DNA from: Dehalococcoidia bacterium
GTDB lineage: Bacteria > Chloroflexota > Dehalococcoidia > Plut-88900
Reading direction: 5' to 3'
Assembly: GCA_965249275.1 (NCBI GenBank)
Contig: CBDFLQ010000005.1
Span: 32,001 to 96,000, forward strand
DNA length: 64,000 nucleotides
The notes beneath the pieces were generated by a model. It made no database searches and was not told the DNA's origin. It saw only the letters and a program-made list of their open reading frames with translations. The translations under genes and the position numbers were made by a program. Position 1 is the first letter of the stretch; every line of letters starts with the position of its first letter. Positions 28,831 to 38,781 of this stretch are shown in pieces.

Positions 28831-29817
28831 ATGTCCCCTTCCCAGAAGATGAAGAAACTCGTAGTAGTTGACGACGGCATCAGCACCATAAAAGTGGACG
28901 GCCTCGAGCCCTACGCCCGCACCCTCGCCGACGAGTTCGTCATCCACCGCGACGCCCCCGCCGACAACGAGGCCCTCATCCAGCGCTGCCAGGGCGCCGA
29001 CGCCGTGATCAACATCCTCTCCACCTCCGAGTTCACACGAGACCTAATGACACGCTGCCCCGACCTCCGCGTCGTTTCCATATGGGCCGCAGGGGTCAAC
29101 AACGTCGATCTGGACGCCGCCCAGGAGCTGGGCGTGACCATCTGCAACACCCCGGGCTACGGCAACTTCGGCGTGGGAGAGCACACGCTAGCACTCATGC
29201 TGGCCGCGGCCCGAAACATGCATCAGGTCGACAGGCGGATCCGCCAGGGCGAGTGGGTAAAGGAGCCCCTGGTCCAGCTGTACGGCAAGACCCTCGGGGT
29301 CCTGGGAGCGGGGCCCATTGCTCAGCGAGTCATGGAGTTGGGCCGGCTCATCGGCATGGACGTCATAGCCTGGACGCTGAACCCTTCACCCGAGCGGGCA
29401 GCCAAGTACGGCGTCGAGTTCGTGGACGTCGACACCCTTTGCCAGAAGTCCGACGTGGTAGCCGCGATCATCGCCCTTTCCGACAAGACTCACCACGTCA
29501 TCGGGCGCAAGCAGCTGGAGATGATGAAGCCGAGCGCCATAGTCGTGAACACAGGTAGGGGCGCCCTCATCGACGAAGACGCTCTATACGAGTTCCTGCG
29601 CGACGGCAAGATAAAGGCCGCTGGCCTCGATGTCTTCTCCACCGAGCCCCTCCCCGCCAAGCACCCCTTCACCGAGCTAGACAACGTCGTCCTCTCATCC
29701 CACGTCGCCGCCCACACCCCCGAGACCACCCTGGCCGGCGTCAAGATGTCCTTGGACAACATCGCCACCTTCATCGAAGGCAACACTCAAAACGTCTTCT
29801 CTCCCGGCTTCCGGTAG
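28831..29817 (+). CDS. D-2-hydroxyacid dehydrogenase (SerA-like, no ACT domain)
   Basis: GVNNVDL, NTPG, GVLGAGPIA, NTGRG, AGLDVFSTEP, SHVAA. Confidence 0.92.
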   Translation: MSPSQKMKKLVVVDDGISTIKVDGLEPYARTLADEFVIHRDAPADNEALIQRCQGADAVINILSTSEFTRDLMTRCPDLRVVSIWAAGVNNVDLDAAQELGVTICNTPGYGNFGVGEHTLALMLAAARNMHQVDRRIRQGEWVKEPLVQLYGKTLGVLGAGPIAQRVMELGRLIGMDVIAWTLNPSPERAAKYGVEFVDVDTLCQKSDVVAAIIALSDKTHHVIGRKQLEMMKPSAIVVNTGRGALIDEDALYEFLRDGKIKAAGLDVFSTEPLPAKHPFTELDNVVLSSHVAAHTPETTLAGVKMSLDNIATFIEGNTQNVFSPGFR

Positions 29818-29832
29818 AAGAGGCGTTTATCC

Positions 29833-29861
29833 GTCATTCCGGCCACCGAGCCGGAATCCAG
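29833..29861. repeat. Family B palindrome
   Basis: GTCATTCCGGC-CACCGA-GCCGGAATCCAG. Confidence 0.75.
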
Positions 29862-29920
29862 GGGTGGGGTGGGAGGGCCGCTTGCTGCCCCTCTACTCAA
29901 CGTGGTAGTCTAAATATGTC

Positions 29921-30304
29921 ATGAACGACGCCATCGTTTTCGACAGCCACCGATTCGTAAGGAACCTCACTGCCAGCGGCTTTACCGAGCGCCAGGCCGA
30001 AGCGCTCGCCAACGAGCAGGTCCAACTCCTCAACGGAAACCTCGCCACTAAGACCGACCTCGCATCGTTTCAGACCAACCTTGAAGCGAATCTCACAGGC
30101 GTCAAGACCGATCTCACATCGGTTCAGGTGAACCTTGAAGCAAAGATCGCAGGCGTCAAAGCCGACCTCGAAGCGAAGATCGCAGGCGTCAAGGCCGACC
30201 TCGAAGTGAAAATTGCAAACGTCCAGGCCAACCTGTTGAAGTGGATGTTCGCTGCCCTGATTGCCCAGGCCAGCGTAGTCGTGACGCTAATCAAGCTGCT
30301 CTAA
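29921..30304 (+). CDS. DUF1640/CCDC90-like coiled-coil protein with C-terminal membrane anchor
   Basis: FDSHRFV..L..SGFTERQAEAL, ATKTDL, K(T/A)DL..EAKIAGV repeats, LLKWM tail. Confidence 0.8.
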   Translation: MNDAIVFDSHRFVRNLTASGFTERQAEALANEQVQLLNGNLATKTDLASFQTNLEANLTGVKTDLTSVQVNLEAKIAGVKADLEAKIAGVKADLEVKIANVQANLLKWMFAALIAQASVVVTLIKLL

Positions 30305-30348
30305 CAGCATCCAGGCCCCACCCTTCCTGACCCCCATCCCAACCTTCC

Positions 30349-30456
30349 GTCATTCTCGTGCCACGACACGGGAATCCAGAATCACCCACTCACGCGTCCA
30401 CCCTCCCCACTCACCCAACTACCCGCTCATCCTGAGCACCGTCGAAGGGTCGAGCG
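30349..30456. repeat. Family B (30349-30379) plus family A (30422-30456) palindromes between convergent genes
   Basis: Direct sequence match to both families. Confidence 0.75.
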
Positions 30457-30473
30457 CATCGAACCCCTCACCC

Positions 30474-31307
30474 CTACCCGAACAACGACCTCCCCACCTC
30501 CCCCAGCCCCTTCAAGTCGAAGGGCGGGTAGATGTCTAAGACAATCCTGTCGATCCCTTCCTCCTCCATCCGCTCCACGTAGCCCCGGGGATCGGAGAGC
30601 ACGGCGTAGTCCAGCCTGTCGGAGATGGATATCTCGAACTCGTCCCTGGACCGCCCGACTCTCGCCAATTCTTCCAGTACGATTGGCTTTAGCTGCTTGA
30701 ACTTCGGGTTATCCTCGCCGTTCCAGCCCCGAGGCGCCTCACAGTTCCACCCATCCCCCACTCTCACGGCGTTCCTTGCCGACCTCGGCCCCAGCCCCGC
30801 GACCATCACCGGTGGCACGGGCTCGGGGGCGGGGGTCGATAGGACGCCCTCGGCGCTGTAGTATTTGCCCTGGTAGCTGATCCGCTCGCCCGTCCACATG
30901 AGCCTCATCAGCACCACGGCCTCCCCCACCCGTTCCACCCGCTCCCTCCCTGCCGGGAAGGGCCTGTTGAACCCGACCTGCTCCTTGGGCCGAGCCCCGG
31001 CGCCTATGCCCAGTTCGATTCGACCCCTGGAGACCTGCTGCACGGTGGCGATGGTTTTCGCCAGCACGTCAGGCGCCCGATTCAATACGTTGGCAACGAA
31101 GCTTCCCAGCTTGACGCGCTGAGTAGCCTCGGCTAGGGCAGCGAGGAGTGTCCAGCATTCCAGGACCGGCTCATCGTCGTCTTTGAAAGACAGCAGGTGG
31201 TCCCACGTCCAGACCGACTCGAACCCCGACGCCTCCGCCGCCAGCGCCGCCTCCCGGCACTCGAGGTACGTCGTCCCAAACGGCACTATGCAAATCCCGA
31301 TTTTCAT
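30474..31307 (-). CDS. LLM-class flavin/F420-dependent oxidoreductase
   Basis: GFESVWTWDH, ECWTLLAALA, GRIELGIGAG. Confidence 0.9.
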   Translation of the reverse strand: MKIGICIVPFGTTYLECREAALAAEASGFESVWTWDHLLSFKDDDEPVLECWTLLAALAEATQRVKLGSFVANVLNRAPDVLAKTIATVQQVSRGRIELGIGAGARPKEQVGFNRPFPAGRERVERVGEAVVLMRLMWTGERISYQGKYYSAEGVLSTPAPEPVPPVMVAGLGPRSARNAVRVGDGWNCEAPRGWNGEDNPKFKQLKPIVLEELARVGRSRDEFEISISDRLDYAVLSDPRGYVERMEEEGIDRIVLDIYPPFDLKGLGEVGRSLFG

Positions 31308-31351
31308 TGATGTCCTGGTCTCCTGTAACTCCGACCGACTCTTACCTAACC

Positions 31352-31431
31352 GTCATTCCCGACTCCGATCGGGAATCCAGGGGCGGGGGGAAGGGTCTCC
31401 TTCCCCGTAGGGGCGACCGGCTGGTCGTCCT
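31352..31431. repeat. Family B palindrome followed by a GTAG-type REP-like palindrome
   Basis: GTCATTCCCGACTCCGATCGGGAATCCAG; GTAGGGGCGACCGGCTGGTCGTCC. Confidence 0.7.
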
Positions 31432-31450
31432 CCAGGTGCGGGGCCGCTCA

Positions 31451-32440
31451 TCACTTCGAAGGAAACAACACAGCCAGCAGATCAATTATCAGCTTGGCCG
31501 TGAACCGAGTCGTGGTCTCCGAATGATCGTAAGGCGGAGCCACCTCCACAAAGTCGCACCCGACAATGTTCACCCGCTTGGCCAGCGCTATCAGCGCATC
31601 CCGCATCTCGAAGTAGTAGAGGCCGCCAGGGGCCGGGGTGCCCGTGCCCGGCATCTGCACCGGGTCCATCGCGTCGATGTCCACGGTCAGATAGGCGTTG
31701 CCACCCGAGGGAACTTCCGCTATCGCCGCCTCGGGGCCCATGGCCCGGAACTGGTCGGTCGTGACTATCTTCACGCCCTTGGCTATGGCGTCATCGTACA
31801 CGTCGGGCCGAGCCATGCGTATGCCCAGCGACGTTATGTTCCTCACGTTCGGCAGGTCGAAGCAGCGGCGTATCGGGCAGCCGTGGTGGTAGAAGGTGCC
31901 CTGGAGCTCGTGGCTGAAGTCTATGTGCGCGTCGAAGTGGACCACGTCCAGGTCGGCGTAGCTGTCGAACCCCCGCACTGCGGGAAAGGTGATCGAGTGG
32001 TCTCCCCCGACAATCACAGGGAACGACCCCCGCGCCAATATCTGCCTCACTGCGTGGGTGGTCTTGGCATAGTTATTCTCGACGTCCGACGGGATGATGG
32101 TCACGTCCCCGCAGTCGGCCATGGTGACGCCGCGGAGCATCATCTCCTTCCGGTCGATATCGAAGTAGCCCTGGGCCTCCTTGTCCTCGAAGGCGTCCAT
32201 GTAGTCATAGATGCGGTTGACGTAGCGGATGCCGTTGGGCCCAAACCGGGCCCCGGGCCGGGCGTAGGTGCCCTGGTCGTACGGCACCCCCAGGAAAGCG
32301 ACATCCGCATCCAGCTCATCGATATTATTCACGAGCGGAGTGCGGAAGAACGACATCGGCACCGCCCGAGTCGCGGGCCACGGCCCATCCCACGTATCCT
32401 TCAGTTCGAGAGATCGGTTAGGCTCATGCTCGGCAGTCAT
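31451..32440 (-). CDS. Ureohydrolase (agmatinase/guanidinobutyrase family)
   Basis: GARFGP, GGDHSIT, DAHID, DIDAMDP, GTGTP, VEVAPPYD. Confidence 0.93.
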   Translation of the reverse strand: MTAEHEPNRSLELKDTWDGPWPATRAVPMSFFRTPLVNNIDELDADVAFLGVPYDQGTYARPGARFGPNGIRYVNRIYDYMDAFEDKEAQGYFDIDRKEMMLRGVTMADCGDVTIIPSDVENNYAKTTHAVRQILARGSFPVIVGGDHSITFPAVRGFDSYADLDVVHFDAHIDFSHELQGTFYHHGCPIRRCFDLPNVRNITSLGIRMARPDVYDDAIAKGVKIVTTDQFRAMGPEAAIAEVPSGGNAYLTVDIDAMDPVQMPGTGTPAPGGLYYFEMRDALIALAKRVNIVGCDFVEVAPPYDHSETTTRFTAKLIIDLLAVLFPSK

Positions 32441-32561
32441 AACGCACCTCCACGACAGTCGGGGCTAGGGGTGGGGATTATACACCCTCCCACCCCACCC
32501 CCCTCCCATCCCGAGACCCCGCGAGGGACCTAAAACGCCCCTCCCCACATCCACCCCATTC

Positions 32562-32685
32562 CCCAAGTCGCGGACCAAGGCCCATCCCAGTCATCCTTCA
32601 GCTTCTGCCACCCATTAGGCTCATGCTCACCACTCATAACTCACCTCCAACGAGGGTCTCGGGGGTTGGGGGTGGGGATTATACC
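32562..32685 (-). pseudogene. Diverged duplicate of the ureohydrolase promoter, RBS and first ~24 codons
   Basis: MSGEHEPNGWQKLKDDWDGPWSAT vs MTAEHEPNRSLELKDTWDGPWPAT; shared TATAATCCCCACCCC and GGAGGTG. Confidence 0.8.
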
Positions 32686-32962
32686 GCGTCGGGGGCGGGG
32701 CGTAGGGCGGGCCAGATCCCCTCTCCCTCGACGGAAGAAGGCCTCGGTGGGGTGATTCCTTTCCTCGAAGCTTCGGGATGAATAACACAATGGATGATCG
32801 AAGGTTTTACGAAGCTGCGCTTATGAAAATTCGAAGGGGTCCTCTACGCTTCGCCAGTGCCTCTACATCCTTGGCGCAGTCCGAGTAGAGACTTAAACCT
32901 TAACATCCATAACCCGTAGTACCTTGCTACGAGGCGTTGAAAACATTAGCATTCGATTTACT

Positions 32963-34012
32963 ATGGATTTTGTTAAGCCAGAATATGACAGGCGAGATGT
33001 CGATTGGGCGGGTTCAATGCTCAGAGGACCTCGGGAACTCTTCAAATTCTACGACCCGAATGGGATTGACCCTGAGATCGTCATCAACAACTGGCGATCA
33101 TCTCATGCATATGTGCTCAATACGTTTCAAATGGCTTTACGTCATCGAGCAATTAAGGTAGACAAAGGTGCAATTGTAGCTCAGCGTAGCAAGCGCAGGA
33201 CCTCTATCAAGGCAAAACTTGAACGTATGGATAGCTTACGGCTCTCAGAAATGCAAGACATTGCAGGGTGCAGGGCGATAGTGAGTTCGGTTAAGCAAGT
33301 TTACGAATTGGTCGAGGGTTACAAGCGTCGATACTCAAAGCACAAACTTGTTGATGAAGATGACTACATCAAGCATCCCAAATCAGATGGCTACCGAGGT
33401 TATCATCTCATATACCGCTACTACAATTCGAAATTTCCTGCATATAAAGGGCTAAAGGTAGAAATACAACTACGCTCTGGGCTGCAGCACTGTTGGGCTA
33501 CTGCAGTCGAAACCACAGACATCTTCGAACGTCAGGGATTGAAGGCGCATCAAGGAACTCCAGAATGGAGGCGCTTCTTTGCGTTAATGGGAGCCGCTAT
33601 AGCAATGCGTGAAGACTGTAAGACGGTTCCCAGAACGCCGCGTAACTGGCGCGATCTCACTACTGAATTGCGAGAGGCTGCCATGCAGTTGAATGTGAAG
33701 TCGCGGCTCAGTGCTTTTGGTGCAACGCTCAAGATTATTGGCGAGGCAGATACGCAACGAGCAGGCATCAGACATGTTCTTTTGTTTCTTGACCCAGATG
33801 AAGGTAATGAACGACTTTCCCTGTATGGCTTTCCAACCAGAAATATGGATGATGCAGCGAAGCAATACTACATCCGAGAATTAGAGAAAAAAGAGGGCAC
33901 AGACGCCGTTCTCGTTTCAGTATCAGATGCTGCAACCCTTAGGCGCGCCTATCCAAATTATTTCCTTGATACAGACGTGTTCTTACAAACGCTTGACGAA
34001 TTTATCTCGTGA
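32963..34012 (+). CDS. CapRel-like fused toxSAS-antitoxin (RelA/SpoT synthetase domain)
   Basis: MQDIAGCRAIV, DYIKHPKSDGYRGYH, EIQLRSGLQHCWATAVE, C-terminal LRRAYPNYFLDT (YxxY); ATG 32963, ORF open from 32924. Confidence 0.85.
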   Translation: MDFVKPEYDRRDVDWAGSMLRGPRELFKFYDPNGIDPEIVINNWRSSHAYVLNTFQMALRHRAIKVDKGAIVAQRSKRRTSIKAKLERMDSLRLSEMQDIAGCRAIVSSVKQVYELVEGYKRRYSKHKLVDEDDYIKHPKSDGYRGYHLIYRYYNSKFPAYKGLKVEIQLRSGLQHCWATAVETTDIFERQGLKAHQGTPEWRRFFALMGAAIAMREDCKTVPRTPRNWRDLTTELREAAMQLNVKSRLSAFGATLKIIGEADTQRAGIRHVLLFLDPDEGNERLSLYGFPTRNMDDAAKQYYIRELEKKEGTDAVLVSVSDAATLRRAYPNYFLDTDVFLQTLDEFIS

Positions 34013-34132
34013 ATCACCTTTTGGGTTCTGATTTGTAGAAAAGTCATTATTGAGTCATGGCTTGACGCAGAACCACCATCCCCCTCCCCTCTACCTCGTC
34101 GCTAAGGCCTCCACGATCCCCCACCTCCCCCC

Positions 34133-34168
34133 AAAAAAAGAAGCCGACCCCCATCAGGAAGGTCGGCC
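34133..34168 (-). terminator. Probable intrinsic terminator of the DUF4389 gene
   Basis: GCCGACC...GGTCGGC stem followed by U-tract on minus strand. Confidence 0.6.
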
Positions 34169-34188
34169 CCTTTGCGGTCTTTCAGTCC

Positions 34189-34851
34189 CTATGCGCTCAA
34201 CCGGAACGGCGGATACCGGTCCGTCGTCAGCAGGAAGGCGTACGCGCCGACGCGGTAGCTCCACCGCATCACGCCAACCACGAACTCGAACATTCCTTGG
34301 GGATACCGGCCTGTGACCAGGATCAACAGCCAAGCCAGTATCGTGACCAGAATGGCCAGGACCCCAAGAACGGCGAGAATTATGTAGTGCGGAATGGCCA
34401 AAAGCCACTTGAAGATGGGCAAGACCCGGTTCAGATCAGTCTCGGCGTTCGGATACTCGATCTGCAGATGCACCGACTGCTCTTCGTCCGTGGAGGGATA
34501 CTCGTCCCGGAGCACCAACAGAAACGACTCAATCCTCGCCGTGAACCGGCTCAACTCCAGGTTCCAATCGAACCACCACCTGGGATACTTCTTACGGAAC
34601 ACGATCATCAGCAGGGGCCCGATAAACAAAAACCCGCCGGCAGAGATGGGCAGCAACGCCTCGTTCAGTTCCGGGCTCCCCGTGTCGAAGTAGCCACCTA
34701 TGAAGGCACTCACCACGAGAATCGGTATCGCCAGGATGATTCGCAGCAATACCGACAGCCGGTTCCTCGACGCCTGATAATCCACGGATAACTGCACCGG
34801 ATAGTCGGAACCCCCGCCCCCCATATTGGAATTCGCTTCACTCTGCGCCAT
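34189..34851 (-). CDS. DUF4389 membrane protein
   Basis: Duplicated LAIP...YPxxxF...YP(P)F units. Confidence 0.88.
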   Translation of the reverse strand: MAQSEANSNMGGGGSDYPVQLSVDYQASRNRLSVLLRIILAIPILVVSAFIGGYFDTGSPELNEALLPISAGGFLFIGPLLMIVFRKKYPRWWFDWNLELSRFTARIESFLLVLRDEYPSTDEEQSVHLQIEYPNAETDLNRVLPIFKWLLAIPHYIILAVLGVLAILVTILAWLLILVTGRYPQGMFEFVVGVMRWSYRVGAYAFLLTTDRYPPFRLSA

Positions 34852-35025
34852 GAAAACCTCCCAAATAGAAATTCACAAACCCAGCCGCCACATCCATTCG
34901 CCGAGCATAGCAGAAAGAGGCCGTCCCGTGTCCCACCCGACATGGCTGCGGAAATAGCCCAACGGCTTCCTTGAATCTCACCCTCAGGCCTCTGGCTCGA
35001 CCCCCCCTCACCGCCTCGCAGAACC

Positions 35026-35424
35026 CTAAGCCCCCACCAACACCACCCCCTGCATCCGGGCCAGTCTCCGGTCTAATGTGTAAAGAGACGTAGCTCCCAC
35101 CCGCTCGGCCGCCGCGAGAATCATCAGGTCCGAAAACCCGACTCCCCCCTGGCGGTAGCGATGCGCCGCCGCAACGACGTCATCCGCATTCTCGATTACG
35201 AGACTATCCGAAGCTGTCAAGTCCATCAGCGCCTCGGCAATCCGTGTGCGAGGGAACCGGTAGCTGCGCTCCAACACCCATGCAGCCTCGATCACTACCT
35301 CGCGGCATATGAAGCCTGGATTGTCGGAAGTCAATTGCTCCAGCAGCGAACGGGCGGCCTCCGACTGTCCCGGGTCGTCCGCCACCAAGTAGCGTACGAT
35401 CACGTTGGTGTCGACCGCGGTCAT
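35026..35424 (-). CDS. VapC/PIN toxin
   Basis: AVDTNVIVRYL, GFSDLMI, YTLDR. Confidence 0.92.
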   Translation of the reverse strand: MTAVDTNVIVRYLVADDPGQSEAARSLLEQLTSDNPGFICREVVIEAAWVLERSYRFPRTRIAEALMDLTASDSLVIENADDVVAAAHRYRQGGVGFSDLMILAAAERVGATSLYTLDRRLARMQGVVLVGA

Positions 35425-35654
35425 CCTTCACTCGCCCCCTCTGCGATGGCCTTGTCCATATCTTCCAGGCTCACCGACGGACCGTCGTACTTCAAGCTGC
35501 CGAACAGACGGCTCGTGGGCCGGACCGGCATTATCAGCACTCCCTCATCCAGGATCACGTACCGGACCTTGTCCCCCGCCTTCACCGACAGAGATTCCCT
35601 CACCGCTTTGGGCAGCGTCGTCTGCCCCTTCACCGTTATGCTCGATTCAAACAT
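35421..35654 (-). CDS. AbrB/MazE-type antitoxin
   Basis: ITVKGQTTLPKAVRE; ATGA overlap with the toxin. Confidence 0.92.
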   Translation of the reverse strand: MFESSITVKGQTTLPKAVRESLSVKAGDKVRYVILDEGVLIMPVRPTSRLFGSLKYDGPSVSLEDMDKAIAEGASEG

Positions 35655-35720
35655 GAAAACTCCCCTTCACGTCCCAGTATAGGTCATATCCTTTCATATT
35701 AGGTAATAGCAATGCGTTTA

Positions 35721-35735
35721 GCCTTATTGTAAGGC
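35721..35735. promoter_or_regulatory. Putative TA autoregulatory operator
   Basis: Palindrome GCCTTA-TTG-TAAGGC upstream of the antitoxin. Confidence 0.5.
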
Positions 35736-35763
35736 AATCACTGTTCCAAAAGTAGGTGGATGG

Positions 35764-35800
35764 GCCGCTCATCCTGAGCGGAGTCGAAGGGTCGAGCGGG
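35764..35800. repeat. Family A palindrome
   Basis: GCCGCTCATCCTGAGCGGAGTCGAAGGGTCGAGCGG. Confidence 0.8.
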
Positions 35801-35912
35801 GGGTGGCCCACGCACTGCCAATGCGTCGCATCTGCTAACCCCCCCAAAACAAGAGGCCGACCCCCATTCAGGCGGGCCGGCCCCTCTACGCCTGGTCTAT
35901 GCAATCTGACGG

Positions 35913-37241
35913 CTATGCTTCTTTTTCAACCACCGTCAACGCTTCGTCGATAATGGATACCATCTCGTCCGCCTCTTCACGGGTTAGCGTGAGGGGCGGG
36001 GCGATGTAGAGGAAGGGCTCCGTCCGGGTCAACATGCCCCGGTTCTCCATCTCCTCCACCAGCCTCTTCAGCTTCGGCGCACCCTTCGGGAACGGCTTGC
36101 CCGTGGCCTTGTCCTCAAGTAGCTCGACGGACAGGAGCAGACCGGTCCCGTGGACCTCGCTCACCATCGAATGCTCTTTCAGCGTTTCCAGCTGCCCCTT
36201 CAGGTAGGCCCCCGTCTCCGCCGAGTTCTGCACCAACTCCTCTTCCTCGATGATCGCCAGGTTGGCCAGCGCCGCCGCCGCCCCCGCCGGGTGCCCCGAG
36301 TACGTGTACCCGTGGGTGAACGTCTTGTCCCCGTCACCCTTGAAGGCGTCGTAGACCTTGTTGGTCACCATCACGCCGCCGACAGGCTGGTAGCCGCTGG
36401 TGACGCCCTTGGCGAAGGTCATCAGGTCGGCGGTGACGTTCCAGTGCTCCATGGCGAACATCTTGCCTGTCCGACCGAAGCCCGTGATCACCTCGTCGGC
36501 GACCATCAGGACACCGTACCTGTCGCATATCTCCCGGATCTTGGGCCAGTAGTCGTCATCGGGGACTTTCATGCCCTTGGGCACGGAGATCGGCTCGGTG
36601 ATGAAACCGGCGACGGTCTCGGGCCCCTCGAACTTGATCATCTCCTCCACGTCCTCCGCCGTCTCCCCGACAAACTTGGTGTCGATCAGCATCGGGTCCC
36701 AGATGTCCCTGTGCACATTGGGCGCGCTGTTCATGCTCAGGGCACCCACGCTGACCCCGTGGTAAGAGCCCCTGCGGGCGATGAACTTGGTCCTGCGGGG
36801 CTGGCCGTTGTTCACGTGGTACTGCCGGATGATCTTCAGCGCCGTGTCCACCGCCTCCGACCCGCCGCTGGCCAGGAACACCCTGTTCAGGTCTCCGGGA
36901 GCCAGCTCAGCCAGCTTCTTCGACAGCTTGATCGTAGGGACTGCGGGGTACGCGAAGGTGTTGGCGTAGTGAAGAGCGCCCAGCTGGTCGGCCACCGCCT
37001 CCGCAATCTTCGTGCGCCCGTGCCCGACATTCACCAGGAACAACCCCCCGATCGCGTCGATGTAGGTGGTCCCGTCACTGTCGGTCATTCGAATGCCGTC
37101 GCCCTCGACAATGATCTTCGGGCCACCCTTGCTCAGCAGGTCGTTGTACTGAGAGAAGGGCATCCACAGGTGGTCCATTGCCGCCTGCTTCAGGTCTCCA
37201 AAATCTGCATCGGCATAAGTTTTGCCGTTTGACTTCGCCAT
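35913..37241 (-). CDS. Class III PLP-dependent aminotransferase (omega-amine type)
   Basis: SGGSEAV, SYHG, ADEVITGFGRTG, FAKGVTSGY, HGYTYSGHP. Confidence 0.93.
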   Translation of the reverse strand: MAKSNGKTYADADFGDLKQAAMDHLWMPFSQYNDLLSKGGPKIIVEGDGIRMTDSDGTTYIDAIGGLFLVNVGHGRTKIAEAVADQLGALHYANTFAYPAVPTIKLSKKLAELAPGDLNRVFLASGGSEAVDTALKIIRQYHVNNGQPRRTKFIARRGSYHGVSVGALSMNSAPNVHRDIWDPMLIDTKFVGETAEDVEEMIKFEGPETVAGFITEPISVPKGMKVPDDDYWPKIREICDRYGVLMVADEVITGFGRTGKMFAMEHWNVTADLMTFAKGVTSGYQPVGGVMVTNKVYDAFKGDGDKTFTHGYTYSGHPAGAAAALANLAIIEEEELVQNSAETGAYLKGQLETLKEHSMVSEVHGTGLLLSVELLEDKATGKPFPKGAPKLKRLVEEMENRGMLTRTEPFLYIAPPLTLTREEADEMVSIIDEALTVVEKEA

Positions 37242-37342
37242 TTAAGTCCTCCTTAAACTGTCAATCCCCGTATCAATAGGGGGAATTATACACCCGACGC
37301 CCCTCCCCGCCACCCGAGCCCCTAGACCCCTTGCCCGGTAGG

Positions 37343-37900
37343 CTACTCCGGCGCTGAGAACACGCCTTCCACCTCCAGCGCTAGTCCTTTCAAAGTAGGA
37401 GAGGTTAGTTTATCTCCGGCTCCATACTCCCCGGCCACCCGATAGCCGCCAGCTTCAAGGACCAACACACGGATCGAACGGGTGTCCGGGTCCGCAATCC
37501 AATATTCACCGACTCCGTGTCGTGCGTAGATTTCCCACTTCCTGACCATGTCACGTTCCGGGTTGTTGGGCGATATAACCTCAACAACTAGCTCGGGCAC
37601 GCCGCGAATATTATCCGCCCCAAGAATGGACTTCCGATCCTTTGATATGAATATCACGTCGGGCTGTACCACGTTGGTATCTGAAAGGACCACGTCCGTC
37701 GGCGCGATGAAAACTTCACCCAAACCTCTCTCCAACACGAAGTCTTCCACGAGACGCGCCATCCGAAACAACGCTTTCTGATGAGCAAGATTCGGCGCGG
37801 CTGTCAAGACCAGTTCGCCTTCAAGCAGCTCATGGCGTTCGTCGTCCGGTGCATTGCGGTAGTCCTCGTACGTGAGAACGGCAGTATTGACGTTGGCCAT
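37343..37900 (-). CDS. Uma2-family endonuclease
   Basis: VVQPDVIF, PELVVEVISP, YARHGVGEYWI. Confidence 0.92.
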   Translation of the reverse strand: MANVNTAVLTYEDYRNAPDDERHELLEGELVLTAAPNLAHQKALFRMARLVEDFVLERGLGEVFIAPTDVVLSDTNVVQPDVIFISKDRKSILGADNIRGVPELVVEVISPNNPERDMVRKWEIYARHGVGEYWIADPDTRSIRVLVLEAGGYRVAGEYGAGDKLTSPTLKGLALEVEGVFSAPE

Positions 37901-38034
37901 TTCAAACCTCCTCCCCCGACCTATCTGCTTCCAAGTTTACACTACCCCTAGTTCGATAGCTGTTCAGCCCTCGGCGTGTTGAAGGCTCGCATTCTACAAC
38001 TTTCTACGGCACCCCTCCCCACCACCCGAGTGCC

Positions 38035-38430
38035 CTATAAGGGCCGGACTCCGGGCAACGAGGCCATCCTCCGGTCAAGCGTCAGGACCTCTAGCTCGGC
38101 ACGGGAATAGTCGTCCGCTATGAGCCGATCAAAGAGTCCAGCACCTCCGGAAACGTGCAGTACATCAATCACCGCCCGACCGTTAAGAGGAGCGACAAGG
38201 CCGCTTTGCAATGTTCTCGACAACTCGGTTAGGGCGTCGGCCTTGGATATTCCGTAGTGGTGCTGAACGGTGACATACGCCTCCCCAATAACTTGGTTCG
38301 AGGCAAATATCTCCGCGCCGTGGTCTTCAACTAACATTCTCAGTTCGCTCAAACAATAATTGAAGTGATCCGCCGGCTTTCCGGTTATCAATCGCACCAA
38401 GACGGAAGTGTCAATCCCGAAGCGCTGGGT
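38035..38430 (-). CDS. PIN-domain toxin
   Basis: GIDTSVLVRL, GLFDRLI, LTLDR; ORF open to 38457. Confidence 0.88.
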   Translation of the reverse strand, partial: TQRFGIDTSVLVRLITGKPADHFNYCLSELRMLVEDHGAEIFASNQVIGEAYVTVQHHYGISKADALTELSRTLQSGLVAPLNGRAVIDVLHVSGGAGLFDRLIADDYSRAELEVLTLDRRMASLPGVRPL

Positions 38431-38653
38431 CATACCCCTCCTCCCGAAACTTGTCAATGTCGAACGGAGGATGGTCGGGTGGAATCTTGTCCCTCAACCC
38501 CCCGAGCATCGACACATCAATCCGTCTCGGGCGAAGGATGAATCCGTCGGGGCTCTCTTCCAGTTCCAGCCGGTCACCCGGGCCCACACCCAGAGCATCC
38601 AACACCCGGGCCGGGAATGTGACTTGTCGCTTCGACGTAATCTTCACTAGCAT
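38411..38653 (-). CDS. AbrB/MazE-type antitoxin
   Basis: KITSKRQVTFPA..LDALGVGPGD; GGAGG RBS before ATG 38653; upstream CCTTAC..GTAAGG inverted repeat (38662-38688). Confidence 0.9.
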   Translation of the reverse strand: MLVKITSKRQVTFPARVLDALGVGPGDRLELEESPDGFILRPRRIDVSMLGGLRDKIPPDHPPFDIDKFREEGYDPALRD

Positions 38654-38781
38654 GGGAACCTCCTTACCCATATGATATATATGTAAGGTGGTTTAGACAA
38701 GGGTTTACCCCCCAATAGCCTCCCCCCACCCCCCTGCTCTAAAATATGTTTAGGCCCTATTCATTCGAGGAGCAAACATTC

